Assembly (NCBI GenBank): GCA_964016885.1
Contig: OZ024740.1
Span: forward strand, 69,936,001 to 70,000,000
Length of the DNA stretch: 64,000 nucleotides
Source: Eledone cirrhosa
Taxonomy: Eukaryota
Reading direction: 5' to 3'
Shown here: positions 13,213 to 25,292 of the stretch, one piece after another
Position numbering within the stretch: position 1 is the first letter of the stretch
How the letters are laid out: the number at the start of each line of letters is the position of its first letter
The notes under the pieces: model-generated
What the model saw: only the letters and a program-made list of their open reading frames with translations
Database searches by the model: none
What the model was told of the DNA's origin: nothing
Position numbers and translations under genes: made by a program

Positions 13213-13414
13213 GTAAGTGTATGTTTCTTCTCGAACATTTCATCTGTACTTCTTACTTCTATGTGTCCTACACTGTTTCTTGTTTATTCCTTACCATGTA
13301 TTGTCTCCTCACACCAAGAAATGTGTAATTGTTGAAATTTAGTATTAAGAACTGAAAATATTTTAATTTTACAGAAAAATTCAACAAACAATCTTTCTGA
13401 TGTTAGTCAAATGC

Positions 13415-13541
13415 ATACATACATAAATACATACATACATACATACATACATACATACATACATACATACATACATACATACATACATACATACATACAT
13501 ACATACATACATGCATACATATATACATACATACATACATA
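13415..13541. repeat. (CATA)n microsatellite
   Basis: Directly visible. Confidence 0.97.
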
Positions 13542-14104
13542 CAAACTAGGAGATATGTGTACCTAAAAATAATTAAATTACAGATTTGAGAAAGAAATTC
13601 ACACAAATACGCGCGCACGTGTACTCACAGACATATGTACCTACCACTCTTATACACACGCTCATATAGGCACTCACATACACCTAGTACGGCACAAAAG
13701 TAAACAAAAGGAGGAAAAGAAGACAAAACGAGCTGTTTCGATAAAGATGAATTCTCATTATAAATAAATAAATAAATAAAACGCCATATTTGTCAGTACA
13801 ACATTCTGAACAAAATATGCCTCATGGTTAAATCATTTTTCTCCTTTTTATTTGCTAATTTGCATAAAATTTTCTCGACATACACACCTCGTCTTTCCCC
13901 CGCTGGAGTTATAATATTGTAATTATAATACTGTATTTAATTAATCGAGACCAATTTATAATATAAATATTGTTAATCTGTGGGATTGTTGTTTAACCTC
14001 AAGTCAGTCCTGATTGAACAGGCCATAACCGATCGCTATGTCTATTATATAAGGCATTCTAGCCGTTTCTAATAGTTGTTGTTTTTATTATTATTTTGTT
14101 TTTG

Positions 14105-14472
14105 GGGGTGGATTGGCAGTATCGGTAGAGGGTCGGACGCCAGGCTTTGCAGCATAGAGTTACGGCCCTTTATGACCTGAGTTCAAATCCCGCCGAGGTT
14201 AATTTGCCTTTCATCCTTACGGGGTCGATAAAATAAAGTACCAGTCATGCAGCTGGGGTCGATTTAATCGACTTTCCCTTCCCCAAAAATTGCTGGCCTT
14301 GTGCCTATATAAGAAACCATTATTATTTTGATTTTGAATCGAGCGGTGGGTTGGTAGAATCGATAGTTGCGCAGACGAAATGCATTGCAGTTGTTCATTA
14401 CACTACATTCTGGTTTCAAATCCCGATGAGGTCAACTTTGCCTTTTATACTTCCAAGATCCATAAAATAAAG
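14105..14472 (+). mobile_element. tRNA-derived SINE: one full copy plus one partial copy in tandem
   Basis: A-box-like TGGCAGTATCGG, B-box GAGTTCAAATCCC, central GCCTTTCATCCTTACGGGGTCGATAAAATAAAGTACCAG (resembles the Meta-SINE domain, from memory), (ATT)n tail. Confidence 0.88.
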
Positions 14473-14940
14473 TGGGTGGACTAGGAAACAAATGAATGCC
14501 ACAGAGAGCTCCCGGACAAGAGATGAATAATTTAGTACTGACGATATGGGTACTTTTGTCGATAAAATCACCGAAGATATGTTTATGGACGATTTCGGTG
14601 ATTGCCGAGACATATATAATGCATGATGAGCGAGCAGGAATGGGGTGTGTTCTGATTTGACTTCCCTAGTGTGTCCACACTTATGTATGTATGGGTAACT
14701 TTGAACGTATTTGTGTTTATATCATATCTTGTAATAATTAGTGTGCGTTTTATAATAATTTTCTGTTTATATGATGTTTTTATCAAACAAATCTGTCTAT
14801 TGAATAACGTTCATTCCGGTTCCTTCGTTTTACATATCTTCGTGTATCCAGCCCCACATGTATTGTAGCTCCTATGTTTGCAATGAATAGTGTATTGCTA
14901 TGTACATGCCTTTGTATCAACTAAATACATTATTATTATT

Positions 14941-16745
14941 GTGGGAGAGGCGCAGACATGCGCCATTCCGGACAGATCCATCCACGACAACCTTCACCTC
15001 ATGCGATATATCATATAGAGGGTGGTTAAGGAACGGGTGGGGCCCTGATCAACTTGGATCAATCTAAAGCATTTGATAGGGTCGACCATCGGTACCTGGC
15101 GGCGATACTCGAGGGGGCAGGCTCGGGCCTGTTTTCAGGGGTTGGATCGCTGCGAGGCACAACAACATCAGCTCGGTTGTGAGGGTGAACGGTCACCTAG
15201 CGCAGCCGTTCAGTATTTGCAGCTCTGCACCTGGTGAGGAAAGTCCATGCAGTCCAACAGCGTCGTGGGGCGCTGGACAGAAGGGCCGATTAAATTGCTC
15301 GGTGTATGGTTTGGTCCGGACCTCCAGATGGAGAAAAACTGGAGCGAGGTGACGAGCAAGGTAGCCTCTCTCACCCAGAAATGGGCCGAGAGGAAGCTGT
15401 CCCTGAAAGGTCGGGCGGAGGTGGGGAATGCGTACATCGCATCCGTCATCGGCTACGGCCTGATCGTCGTGCCTTGCTCCAGCCCAACTCTGAGCAAAAT
15501 GAAGCGCCTCCTCTTCCGCTTTTTGTGGAAGGGACGGGCCGCCATGGTCAGACGATCTATGTGCTGTCAGCAGCCGTTGCGTGGAGGATTGGGCATGCCG
15601 AGGCTGATGATGCGCAAACATGCGCTGAGGCTGTGCCATCTCTGGTGCTTCCTTGACATTGAACAGGTGTGGTCGCCGTTTGCCAGACGCGTTTTTTCCC
15701 CAGCTCGTCTCTTTGACGGAGCTGCAATCCTGGGACAGGAAAAGACCGAGGGATGGCCCCAAGCTGGAATGTCTCTAAGCGCTCACCATCCTCTAGCTGG
15801 GCACTAGTATCGGTGGGATATCACCTCGGCATTCTATAGAAGACTAGTGGAGGGGAAGAGCGACAATGTTCTCGTGGAGACCCTGGGCGTAGAAGACGAT
15901 CAGCTGTTCACTCTCTTCGAGATAACTTTCAGCCCGAGGCCTATGGACAACTTCCAGAAATTCTTGGCCTTGCAGTGCTATCGGGGAGCGTTGCTGGTTC
16001 GGGATAAGCTCTACAGGCACGAAAGTGCCGTCAGCCGAGCCTGTTCGAGATGTGCGCAGAGCCACGAAACCGTCATGCACGCACTCATCCAGTGTCTGAG
16101 CGTTGCTGACTTGTGGGGCTATGTCGAACAGTTGCTGTCGTGTATATGACGGATCTGGTTATCGACAGAGTCCATTGTGCAGATAGCCCCGCCATCCTCC
16201 TTTAAGGAGGAGGAAGCGCAGGGAGTTTCCATTTGCCTCGTGGCCATGGTGAAAGAGATTGTGTGGTGGACAAGGTTGAAAGGATTGAAGACGGACACTT
16301 TCCTCTCCGGCGAATTCCTGATTAACTTTTTCAAGTTTCACTTGAAGAGGAAAATCAGGGTGGAAAGTTAAGTGCGGTCTTCTAGTAAGTTTGTTGAAAG
16401 GTGGGTGAAATTGGCGAGGCTGATCCAAGTGAACGGGCCCGCTCTGAGTATGCGCCTGTAGACTGAGGAGTGGGAGAACTGAGAGAGGGCGCTTGCCCTG
16501 GTGGTCAGGGTGGCCGTGCTCTTTTGTGAGGTTTTCGCCACGAGTGACTCTCGCAGTTTTCCCCCTATTGGGAAATTTTTGTTGTTTGAATTTTTGAATT
16601 TGTTTTTACACATTTCTATATTTCTTGTTATAGCCTTTTTTACATAGCCAAGACCCAGTTTGTATTGCATCGTCCTGTACCGTTCTGTGCCGTCTGTAAT
16701 GTTTTTATTCATGTTAGTCCTTGTAGCCAATAAAGAAACCATATT
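14941..16745 (+). mobile_element. 5'-truncated Tx1/L1-clade LINE with internal deletion
   Basis: RT and C-terminal pieces homologous to 30310-32340 (KLLGVWFG, CSRCAQSHETVMH); (ATT)n at both ends. Confidence 0.9.
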
Positions 16746-16770
16746 ATTATTATTATTATTAGTAGTAGTG

Positions 16771-16825
<55 letters not shown>

Positions 16826-16848
16826 CAGCAGCAGCAGCAGTAGTAGTC
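16743..16848. repeat. (ATT)n-(AGT)n-(AGC)n compound microsatellite
   Basis: Directly visible. Confidence 0.95.
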
Positions 16849-16928
16849 ATTTACACAGTGATGATCTTATTAACACTGGGTCATTTGATTCCCTGTCACT
16901 TTATGTAACCTCAAATAGACAATACTTT

Positions 16929-18140
16929 CTACAGGATATTTGCTAAACTAAAAGTAATATTTTGCAATGTCGTAATACTGGAACTGATTCCAATTCTATC
17001 AACGTTTTTCTGGAGGTTTTCTGTCACCAACCAAAATACTATCATTCTTTCTTTCATATTCAACATTCTCTCGACATCTATTTTCAAGTCTGCATACTTT
17101 ACGATTTTCTCGTTCTCTTTGCTTTTAATGTAATGGTCTCCTGAGCAAACTTCATCGAACCTTTTTTCAGTACCATTCTCCACCAAAGTTATGTTACATC
17201 GTGTAATTTTTAAGAACTCTATCCGCCTGGATAGAGTTCTTAAAAAACTATCCCACGATAGTTTCAGTCTGATTTTCTAGGACCTTCGCTGGTTTGTGCT
17301 GATACCATTTCTCAGTGGCTACAAAACCACATTTCTTGCATAAAAACATTATCGTGATGCCTTTATATTTCGCTTGCGCAAGTATACCACAGTTATTCAT
17401 GATGTGTGTCAAACCTTCCAGCTTCTTCCCACATAACCTACACTTATTTGTTTCATCTTGGTTATACATATTCTTTATCGCGTTTGTGTTTAATCCTTGT
17501 TCTTGAGCATTTCTACCCCTCTCTCTCTTAAGATCACCTTTAGTCAATCAATTCCATGAGAGTCCAAATTTTACTTTCTTTGTTTCCCTTTCAAATTGAC
17601 CAAGCAGTTATTCATGATCGCCTTGTCAATAGCAAGATGGTCATCGGTTACCTGGGAATTGTTCTTACACCCCTTTTGCGTCATCTATAGGATCACATTC
17701 TGAAGCAAGTGATCATGGACTTTTGCAGCAAAGATACCAGTCAACAGCTTCCAAAGCAAATTCATGCAGCAAGCAATCGACCTGTAATTTCCAAGTAACG
17801 GACCTTTCCTTTTATCCGTCTTTATAAAAGTTTTCTTGGAACTTCTGCTTCTGCTACACAATCATTTAGGTGCTTCCCTAGCCTTGAATGGACACGACAC
17901 TTTTAAATATTTTCAACCAGATCATTGGATCCCATCCAGTTTGTCATTTTGTCTCACTTGCTTTTGAACATCTTCCTTTGAAGTTCTTTCGCATCTCTGT
18001 TCTGGTTCATTAGATAACTTATGCTCAACTTCATTTATGCAACTCGCATCTTTGTTATGCTCTTTTGCAATTCCCCATAGATTTGATAAAAATTGCGTGG
18101 ATTCTTCAGCATTATGTGCAACCTCTAAACCATTTCCCAT
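16929..18140 (-). mobile_element. Degraded R4/Dong-like (RLE-type) non-LTR retrotransposon
   Basis: GDLKRE..AQEQGLNTN, CRLCGKKLEGLTHIMNNC, KWYQHKPAKVLEN, KENEKIVKYADLK. Confidence 0.8.
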
Positions 18141-18479
18141 GGCAGTGGTTTATATTAGCGTTCATTATAAAATATGTTCTGTCTTCTTTCAAAGGCATGT
18201 AGTGTATCTTGATAGATATTTCACTGCTACATCTAGCAGGTCAAGCGACTATCTATCAGCTCATTCATTCATTTGCGTGACAAAGAGAAAACAAAAATAA
18301 TGTACACAAACACAGCAATAGAACCACCCACTATACCAATTAATACATTAAAGAAATTATCAGCGCCCTGTACAATGGAAGTACTTTGTCACTGTCAGTA
18401 ATGGAAATTATATAACTAAACGTAAGTGGCCACACGAAATAAAACAGCAGTACCAAGTCATAAACATAGGATATACACA

Positions 18480-19020
18480 TAATCAAATGTTGATTTCATC
18501 GACGTCAACTTTGCCTTTCATGTCTCGTACCGCTTTTAGAAATTATTGTTATCATTATAACTGAGCCCAGGGCGGTAGTTTGGCAGTATCAGAAGATCGT
18601 CAAACACAATGCTTTACGGCATAAAGTTAAATCCCTGTACGTTCTGAGTTCAAATCCTACCGAGGTTAGCTTTGCTTTTCATCATTAACAGATAAAATAA
18701 AGCACTAGTAACGAACTGGGGTCGATTTAGTTGACGTTCCACTCCCCTAAAATTGTTGCATTTGTGGCAAGATCAGAAAATATTATTACAACCGTTCCCA
18801 GGGTGGTAGATTGGCAGTATCGGTAGAGCATCGAACACCTTGCTACGCGACATAAGGCTACGTCCTTTTACTTTCTGAGTTCAAATCTCGCTAGGCTTAG
18901 CTTTGCTTATCATCATTAAGGGGTCGATGAAATAAGGTACCAGTAACGCGCTGGGATCGATTTATTCGACTTCCCCTCCCACCAAAATTGTTGGTCTTGT
19001 GCTTAATTCAGGAACCATAA
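18480..19020 (+). mobile_element. Tandem SINE copies (fragment plus two copies)
   Basis: Same family motifs as 14105. Confidence 0.85.
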
Positions 19021-19468
19021 ATAAAACTGTGACTGGACTAATGTATTAAATTAAATAACCTGCAAAACCAAATATGTCGGTACGTGTTTGTGTTGTTTGT
19101 ACGTCATGAAGATAAGTGAATTACTACACAGCACCCTCATAAAATCGAGGTACAGGATATCTGAGAAGGGATACAAAACCTTTTTTTTTTTTATTCAAGC
19201 ATCGGTACCAGTTCGAATCTGTGGTGTTATGCTGGTCTGTTCCATTCATGCCTGTGCTTATAATGATAATAAACTCCCGCGGTTTGGTTCGTGTCCCATC
19301 TCTGCATAATCACGCTGGGATAAATATTCAATATTTAAAAAAAAAAAAAGGTAAATTCAAATATGCTGATGCGTGTTTGAATCATTCAAATACAGACTTT
19401 TCTTTTCACACTAATACATTATGAAACACACATACAATTACACAATATATATACATATATATATATAT

Positions 19469-19811
19469 ATATTCATTAGTTAAGCAAAACAAGACCACAA
19501 ATTTCACAAGGAAGACATTATTAAAAGATTGTCAACATATTTAGTTTCCTTACATCAAACTAAATATGTTGACAATCTTTTAATAATGTCTTCCTTGTGA
19601 AATTTGTGGTCTTGTTTTGCTTAACTAATGAATATTTCCAGTTCTGCGCACCTAACCTCTGCATGAACCCAGCCACCTAGCTGCTTTCTACTGCATATTG
19701 CACATTGAGCACATGCCTTTACGCCTTGGCTTCTAACTAACTCACCAATCTTTCCTCTCATATCTCCTCTACTATCTCAATCTCTCTCTTTAAGATTGGT
19801 TACTCTTGAAC

Positions 19812-19812
<1 letters not shown>
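19469..19812. mobile_element. Short insert in (TA)n with a 79-bp-arm terminal hairpin
   Basis: Arms 19469-19547 / 19557-19635, 9-nt loop. Confidence 0.75.
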
Positions 19813-19844
<32 letters not shown>

Positions 19845-19853
<9 letters not shown>

Positions 19854-19963
19854 TAAAAGGAAAAGAAAATGCTGACAAATTTTTCCCAGTGAAAAATTTG
19901 TCAGCATTTTCTTTTCCTTTTACTAATATATCACAACTCGTGTGTTACACCTCTATTTTTTAA
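19845..19963. mobile_element. Short insert in (TA)n with a ~40-bp-arm hairpin
   Basis: Arms 19845-19885 / 19891-19931; tail motif caactcgtgtgttac recurs inverted at about 51950-51965. Confidence 0.75.
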
Positions 19964-21065
19964 ATATATATATATATATATATACACTGGTGAGTATTAT
20001 ATAGAGAATAGATAGATAAATAGAAAATAGTGTAATAGTGTAACAGACACATAGATGTAGTGATATAGAGAACTTTGTTTGTATTCTTCTTCTAACACTC
20101 AATCATTCTTTGTTTGTGTTATAGTCTTCTAGTTTCCGGGAAATGAAAAAAACTGCACATTGAGAACTTTTATATGGGATTATGGAACAGTAAAGAAGGA
20201 TTTATTGTGATCTCGTGTTTGTTATATTTTTCGTCAACATTTATATTTAAACCGTTTATTTATTATTATCATTTTCCGTTAATATGATTTGTCTTTTTGC
20301 AAACTGACGAGTAGCGTGGTACACTGGGTGGCTAATGTATTTAGACAATATTAGGATAGGCCACAGTATGTTGGTCGGGTCAGGGTAGGACAATTCTGAA
20401 ACATATTTTCGTCATTTGTTGATTTCACAAGCAACCAAAAGAGGCAAGCCAAAGAAAAGAAATAAGAGAAATGTGAAGGAAAAAATTCAATATCTCCTCT
20501 AATTGAAGCAACAAATGTGGGGGAATGCCTGTGGTTTACCCCAACCCTCTCTCACTTCAAACATCTGTGACAGGGGTTGTAATGTTATCCCGCCAACCAC
20601 ACAAGAAACTTTACTAGCAACACCTGCTTCACTTACGTTCAAGATAGTAGTGGGAAAAGATGCTAGAGGAAATATTAGTAGGATATTTTAGCTGTCTTTG
20701 GAAGATGACACCCCATCAGCTAAAGCACTATAAACAATAACAACAATAACAACGTCTATACATCAAAGATTTTAAATAATACCAGAACCAACAACGCAAA
20801 TAGAAATAATAGCAAACATTCCATTTAAAAATATATTCACCAACATCCCGAAATGAACACTCAGCAAGCTTTCGATTACCTAGGGTGAAGGGGGATTGAC
20901 TCGGTACTCTGTATTCGGGCCTTACTTCTTCCAGCTACACTTTCTTACTGAGGGGTCTGTCTTAAATATAAGTAACAATGGCCTGGGAACAATTCTAAGC
21001 GGCAACGATGACAGTCTCTATAGACTCATCAGGAGGTCTTTTAGATAAGGAATTATGCACAATTT

Positions 21066-21301
21066 TCAGAAGTCATTGGTTTGACAGTACTTCAGATCGA
21101 TGTTGCAATTTCTATATAAAGTGCACTGGCACGGCAGTGTAGTAGCCGCGCCCTTGCCAGATCCACACGAAGCATCGAAACATTTCTGCATGATATCACC
21201 AAGTGTCCGAACATTATTGACTTGTGAAGTTACGTCGAACACCTGCAATTGTGTACGGGTGAGCTTCTTATATATACCATGCCATCGCGCGTGTGTGGTT
21301 A
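21066..21301 (-). other. Possible Cys-rich exon (loosely PAN/Apple-like)
   Basis: Acceptor tttcctttctggcatag; open frame TTHARWHGIYKKL...MQKCFDASCGSGKGAATTLPCQCTLYRNCNIDLKYCQTNDF*. Confidence 0.3.
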
Positions 21302-21521
21302 CTATGCCAGAAAGGAAATTTAATGGATGAGAATGTGAAAACTGGAGGTCGATATGTTTCATTTTGGTCAAGTCAATGCTTTTGCTAAGAGTTTTAAGTG
21401 TCAATGAAATCGCAAGAAGAGGCAAACACTAACTTCACCCCCCCCCCTTTGTACCAGCGAAACATCTGGGTTGAAATAAATAGAATGATAGAAGGCTATA
21501 CCAAGGTATACACGCACACAG

Positions 21522-21572
<51 letters not shown>

Positions 21573-21586
21573 CATATATCTACATA

Positions 21587-21623
<37 letters not shown>

Positions 21624-21628
<5 letters not shown>

Positions 21629-22435
21629 ATTAGTACATCTACCAACATATGTATACAGATGTACACCCATGCTAGCAAATATATATGTTATGTCTTAGTA
21701 CCTTTGTGGTTCTATGCTGGGGGATGCAGAACAATTATATGAAAGACGTAAAATAAGAAAATTTAAAAAAATTAAAAATCAACTTACTTACTAAAATGTT
21801 CACTCCAACTAATTAGTTTCTGTAAGGGGATAAATATAGTTACGTAATATAACTATTGAGAATTCCTTTTTTAAAATTTTTTTTTAATTTTCTTATTTTA
21901 CGTCTTTCATATAATTGTTCTGCATCCCCCTGCATAGAACCACAAAGGTACTAAGACATAATATCTATATTTGCTAGCATGGGTGTACATCTGTACACAT
22001 ATGTTGGTAGATGTACTAATTCTCTATATTTATCTCCAAATTATTTGTTGAGCAAAACTTGCCAAAATTTACTGCTGATTCATGGTAGTAGTAGGCTCTT
22101 GTCATAATACCACCCCGCTCCTAACTGATTAACCTCAGTGTCACGTGATTGATTCTTTAGAATCTGCCACTGACCAGAGGCAGTGAATTTGTTCAATGCT
22201 ATGGAATTTAGTTCCCGCTACCTTTATTCCATACACTGAATTATTATTTTTATCTGGGTTCCTAGTGTCCGCGCATCGCCTGGGAACTTAGCTGAGAATA
22301 CACTCTCAAATGACGTAAGGAATTCTCTATAGTTATATTACGTAACTATATTTATCCCCTTACAGAAACTAATTAGTTGGAGTCAAAATTTTAGTAAGTA
22401 AGTTGATTTTTAATTTTTTTTAATTTTCTTATTTT
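21624..22435 (+). mobile_element. ORF-less ~536-bp unit with inverted 5' segment and a hammerhead-like fold (candidate retrozyme family B)
   Basis: 21624-21870 is the inverse of 22317-22435 joined to 21886-22025; aattttcttatttt recurs at 21886 and 22422; related fragment at 50911-51028. Confidence 0.72.
22302..22383 (+). ncRNA. Hammerhead-like motif with variant core (CAAAUGA)
   Basis: ACTCT-CAAATGA-C-GTAAGG...CCTTAC-A-GAAA-CTAATTAG-TT-GGAGT. Confidence 0.55.
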
Positions 22436-22580
22436 GGAAAAATTTACATCTATGGTGCAAATTTGGTGCCGTTTGGTCCAGCCGCTTGGCGGAAAGTTTG
22501 TTACTTAAATACGGCCGTCAGCTTTATAGTATATATATATATATATAATATATATATGCATATATATATATATATGTAAA

Positions 22581-22642
<62 letters not shown>

Positions 22643-22675
22643 TACATATATATATATATACATATATATATATAC

Positions 22676-22706
<31 letters not shown>

Positions 22707-22707
22707 C

Positions 22708-22753
<46 letters not shown>

Positions 22754-22804
22754 GTATATATATATATATGTATATATATATATGTATATATATATATGTA
22801 TATA

Positions 22805-22870
<66 letters not shown>

Positions 22871-23017
22871 TCTACATATATATATATATATGCATATATA
22901 TATTATATATATATATATATACTATAAAGCTGACGGCCGTATTTAAGTAACAAACTTTCCGCCAAGCGGCTGGACCAAAAGGCACCAAATTTGCACCATA
23001 GATGTAAATTTTTCCAA
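22434..23017. repeat. ~584-bp palindrome centred in a (TA)n tract
   Basis: Unique arms 22434-22530 / 22921-23017; interruptions inside the TA tract are also mirrored. Confidence 0.93.
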
Positions 23018-23294
23018 GTAAGAAAGTGAGGGTATTTTTGTCTACTGAATTTTGTTAAAAGATTAAAGACATTATTTAAATATTCACTTCTTTAAAATGT
23101 TCAAATGTCAACACTTCCGGTTATACGACATTCCTAGCGTCTTCACGAACCAAAGTATCGTCTTCCTGTTTTCTTTCAGTTAGAACGTTTTTCAAAATAT
23201 TTACGTCTGCGTTCACAGATTGATTTTTTTTTAGTTGCAGAAGATCCCGTTAAGGGTGAAAGCAGCGATTCTTTGCTTAAACTTTAATCTGTTA

Positions 23295-23330
<36 letters not shown>

Positions 23331-23477
23331 TATATTCGTGTACAGATATTTTTGCATACACAAAAACAAAATATAAACAAACGTATTTATTTCACGAAAG
23401 CACAGACGGCTTATCGTCATTGTTACTGCCGATATGTCACCCAAAAAGTCCTAGCCTGGCCGCTAGAATGTTACTAG
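22921..23477 (+). mobile_element. Possible non-autonomous Helitron/Helentron-like element
   Basis: actataaagctg...gcggctggacc..ggcaccaaatttgcac resembles such 5' ends (from memory); hairpin CTAGC/GCTAG at 23451-23466 followed by CTAG at 23474-23477. Confidence 0.35.
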
Positions 23478-24348
23478 AGAAACAGAGAGACTAAGCTTCG
23501 CGATTACCATCAACAAAGCTCAGAGTCAAACCCTAAAAGGGGCTGGCCTTCATCTGAGAAAATCATGGTCAATTGTATGTAGGATGCTCTACAGTGAGCT
23601 CGCCAAACAATCTCTTCATCATTGCTCCGGAGGGCCGAACAAAAAATATTGTATACTCTGAGGCTCTAACAATGTAATTTATGTATTTTCTGTTACTTGG
23701 AATTTCCTTTATGGTTCTACAAATTATTGTAATGTGTGTTAAAAAATGTGTTCTCTTTTCAACATTTATTGTTGTAACTATCAATTTTCTTTAATGTACG
23801 GGCTGAGAAAAGAAACCTACAATGAAAGAACATCTTAAAGGTTACCCAAGCCAAGTGTTGTATTTATTAACATTTCTATCTACAGGTTCTTAGCAAGCTT
23901 ACTTGCGCTTTAGTATGGTATTCAATTCTCATATCGTTTTTGATTGACATGGTTAATATATCGCAGCTATTCATATGTTTTAAACATTAGATAACGATTG
24001 CTGATGTATATTGTACGACAGAATTAGCTGAAAAATAATTTGAATGAACAAATAAAAGAGATATAAAAGAGAGATGTTTGTTGTTTGGTTCCTTCGCGTA
24101 TCACACGAAAAAAACGAAAAGTGACAATCGGAAATTATGTACAGGTTTGGAATAAGAGTATATCCAGGAAAGTTTATTGATACTAATTTTATAACACCAA
24201 AGAGGAAGAAAGACATACCATGTATACTAACCAACCTGACTGCTATTTCTAGCAGGTTGGGAATCAACCATAAGGGATTCTTTCTGCGATTTCGTTGTCA
24301 GTGATGATCGTGTTTCGCGGCCTATGTCTCCGATTCCAACGATGGTTT

Positions 24349-24566
24349 ACACACACACACACGCACACACACACGAACACTCACACAGGCACACACACAT
24401 ATATACACACATATACATATATATATACACACACACACATATATATATATACACACACACACGAACACTCACACACACACATATATATATATACAAACAC
24501 ACAAACATACACACACACACATATATACATATATATACACACACATATATATATATATATACATAT

Positions 24567-24599
<33 letters not shown>

Positions 24600-24840
24600 C
24601 AAACACACACAAACATACACACACACAGACACAATACACACATACTTTAAACAAGACAATGCATTCAATTCAGACGTGTTCTCTTCTGCCGGTCTTCTCT
24701 TATCATTTGTTAACCTTGGCGAAGCTAGGTACCTCAGCTAGTCATATATATATCATATATATCATATATATGTATATATATATCATATATATGTATATAT
24801 ATATCATATATATATATATATCATATATATGTATATATAT

Positions 24841-24903
<63 letters not shown>

Positions 24904-24940
24904 CATATATATATATATATATATATATCATATATATCAT
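24349..24940. repeat. (CA)/(TA) and (TCATATA)-type simple repeats
   Basis: Directly visible. Confidence 0.95.
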
Positions 24941-25292
24941 AGCGTCTGACGCATAGAGTTACGGCCCTTGCCATTCTGAGTTCAAATACCGTCGAGGTTA
25001 ACTTTGCCTTTCATCCTTACGGGGTAAATAAAAGAAAGTACCAGTAACACACTGGGATAATTGCTGGCCTTGTGCCAAAAATTGAACCAATTATTGTTAT
25101 TATCATGTCGGTAGAGCGTCAGACACCATGCTTTTCAGCATAGGAGTTATGGCCCTTTATGTTCTCAGTTCAAATCCCGCCAGGTTAACTTTGCCTTTCA
25201 TCCTTATGGGGTCGATAAAATAAAGCACCAATAATTCTCTGGGGTTATTGCTAGCCTTGTGCCAAAATTAGAAACATTATTATTATTATTAT
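24941..25292 (+). mobile_element. Two tandem SINE copies
   Basis: B-box, central domain, (ATT)n tails. Confidence 0.85.

Noticed and set aside
14105-14195. tRNA gene
   Set aside because: A/B boxes belong to a SINE head repeated many times; no clean cloverleaf.
20780-20855. KNIFTNIP resembling a Penelope RT motif
   Set aside because: Too short, with no other RT motifs in frame.
21005-21040. Minus-strand CTGATGA-GTCT..AGAC
   Set aside because: Stem II only; no GAAA.
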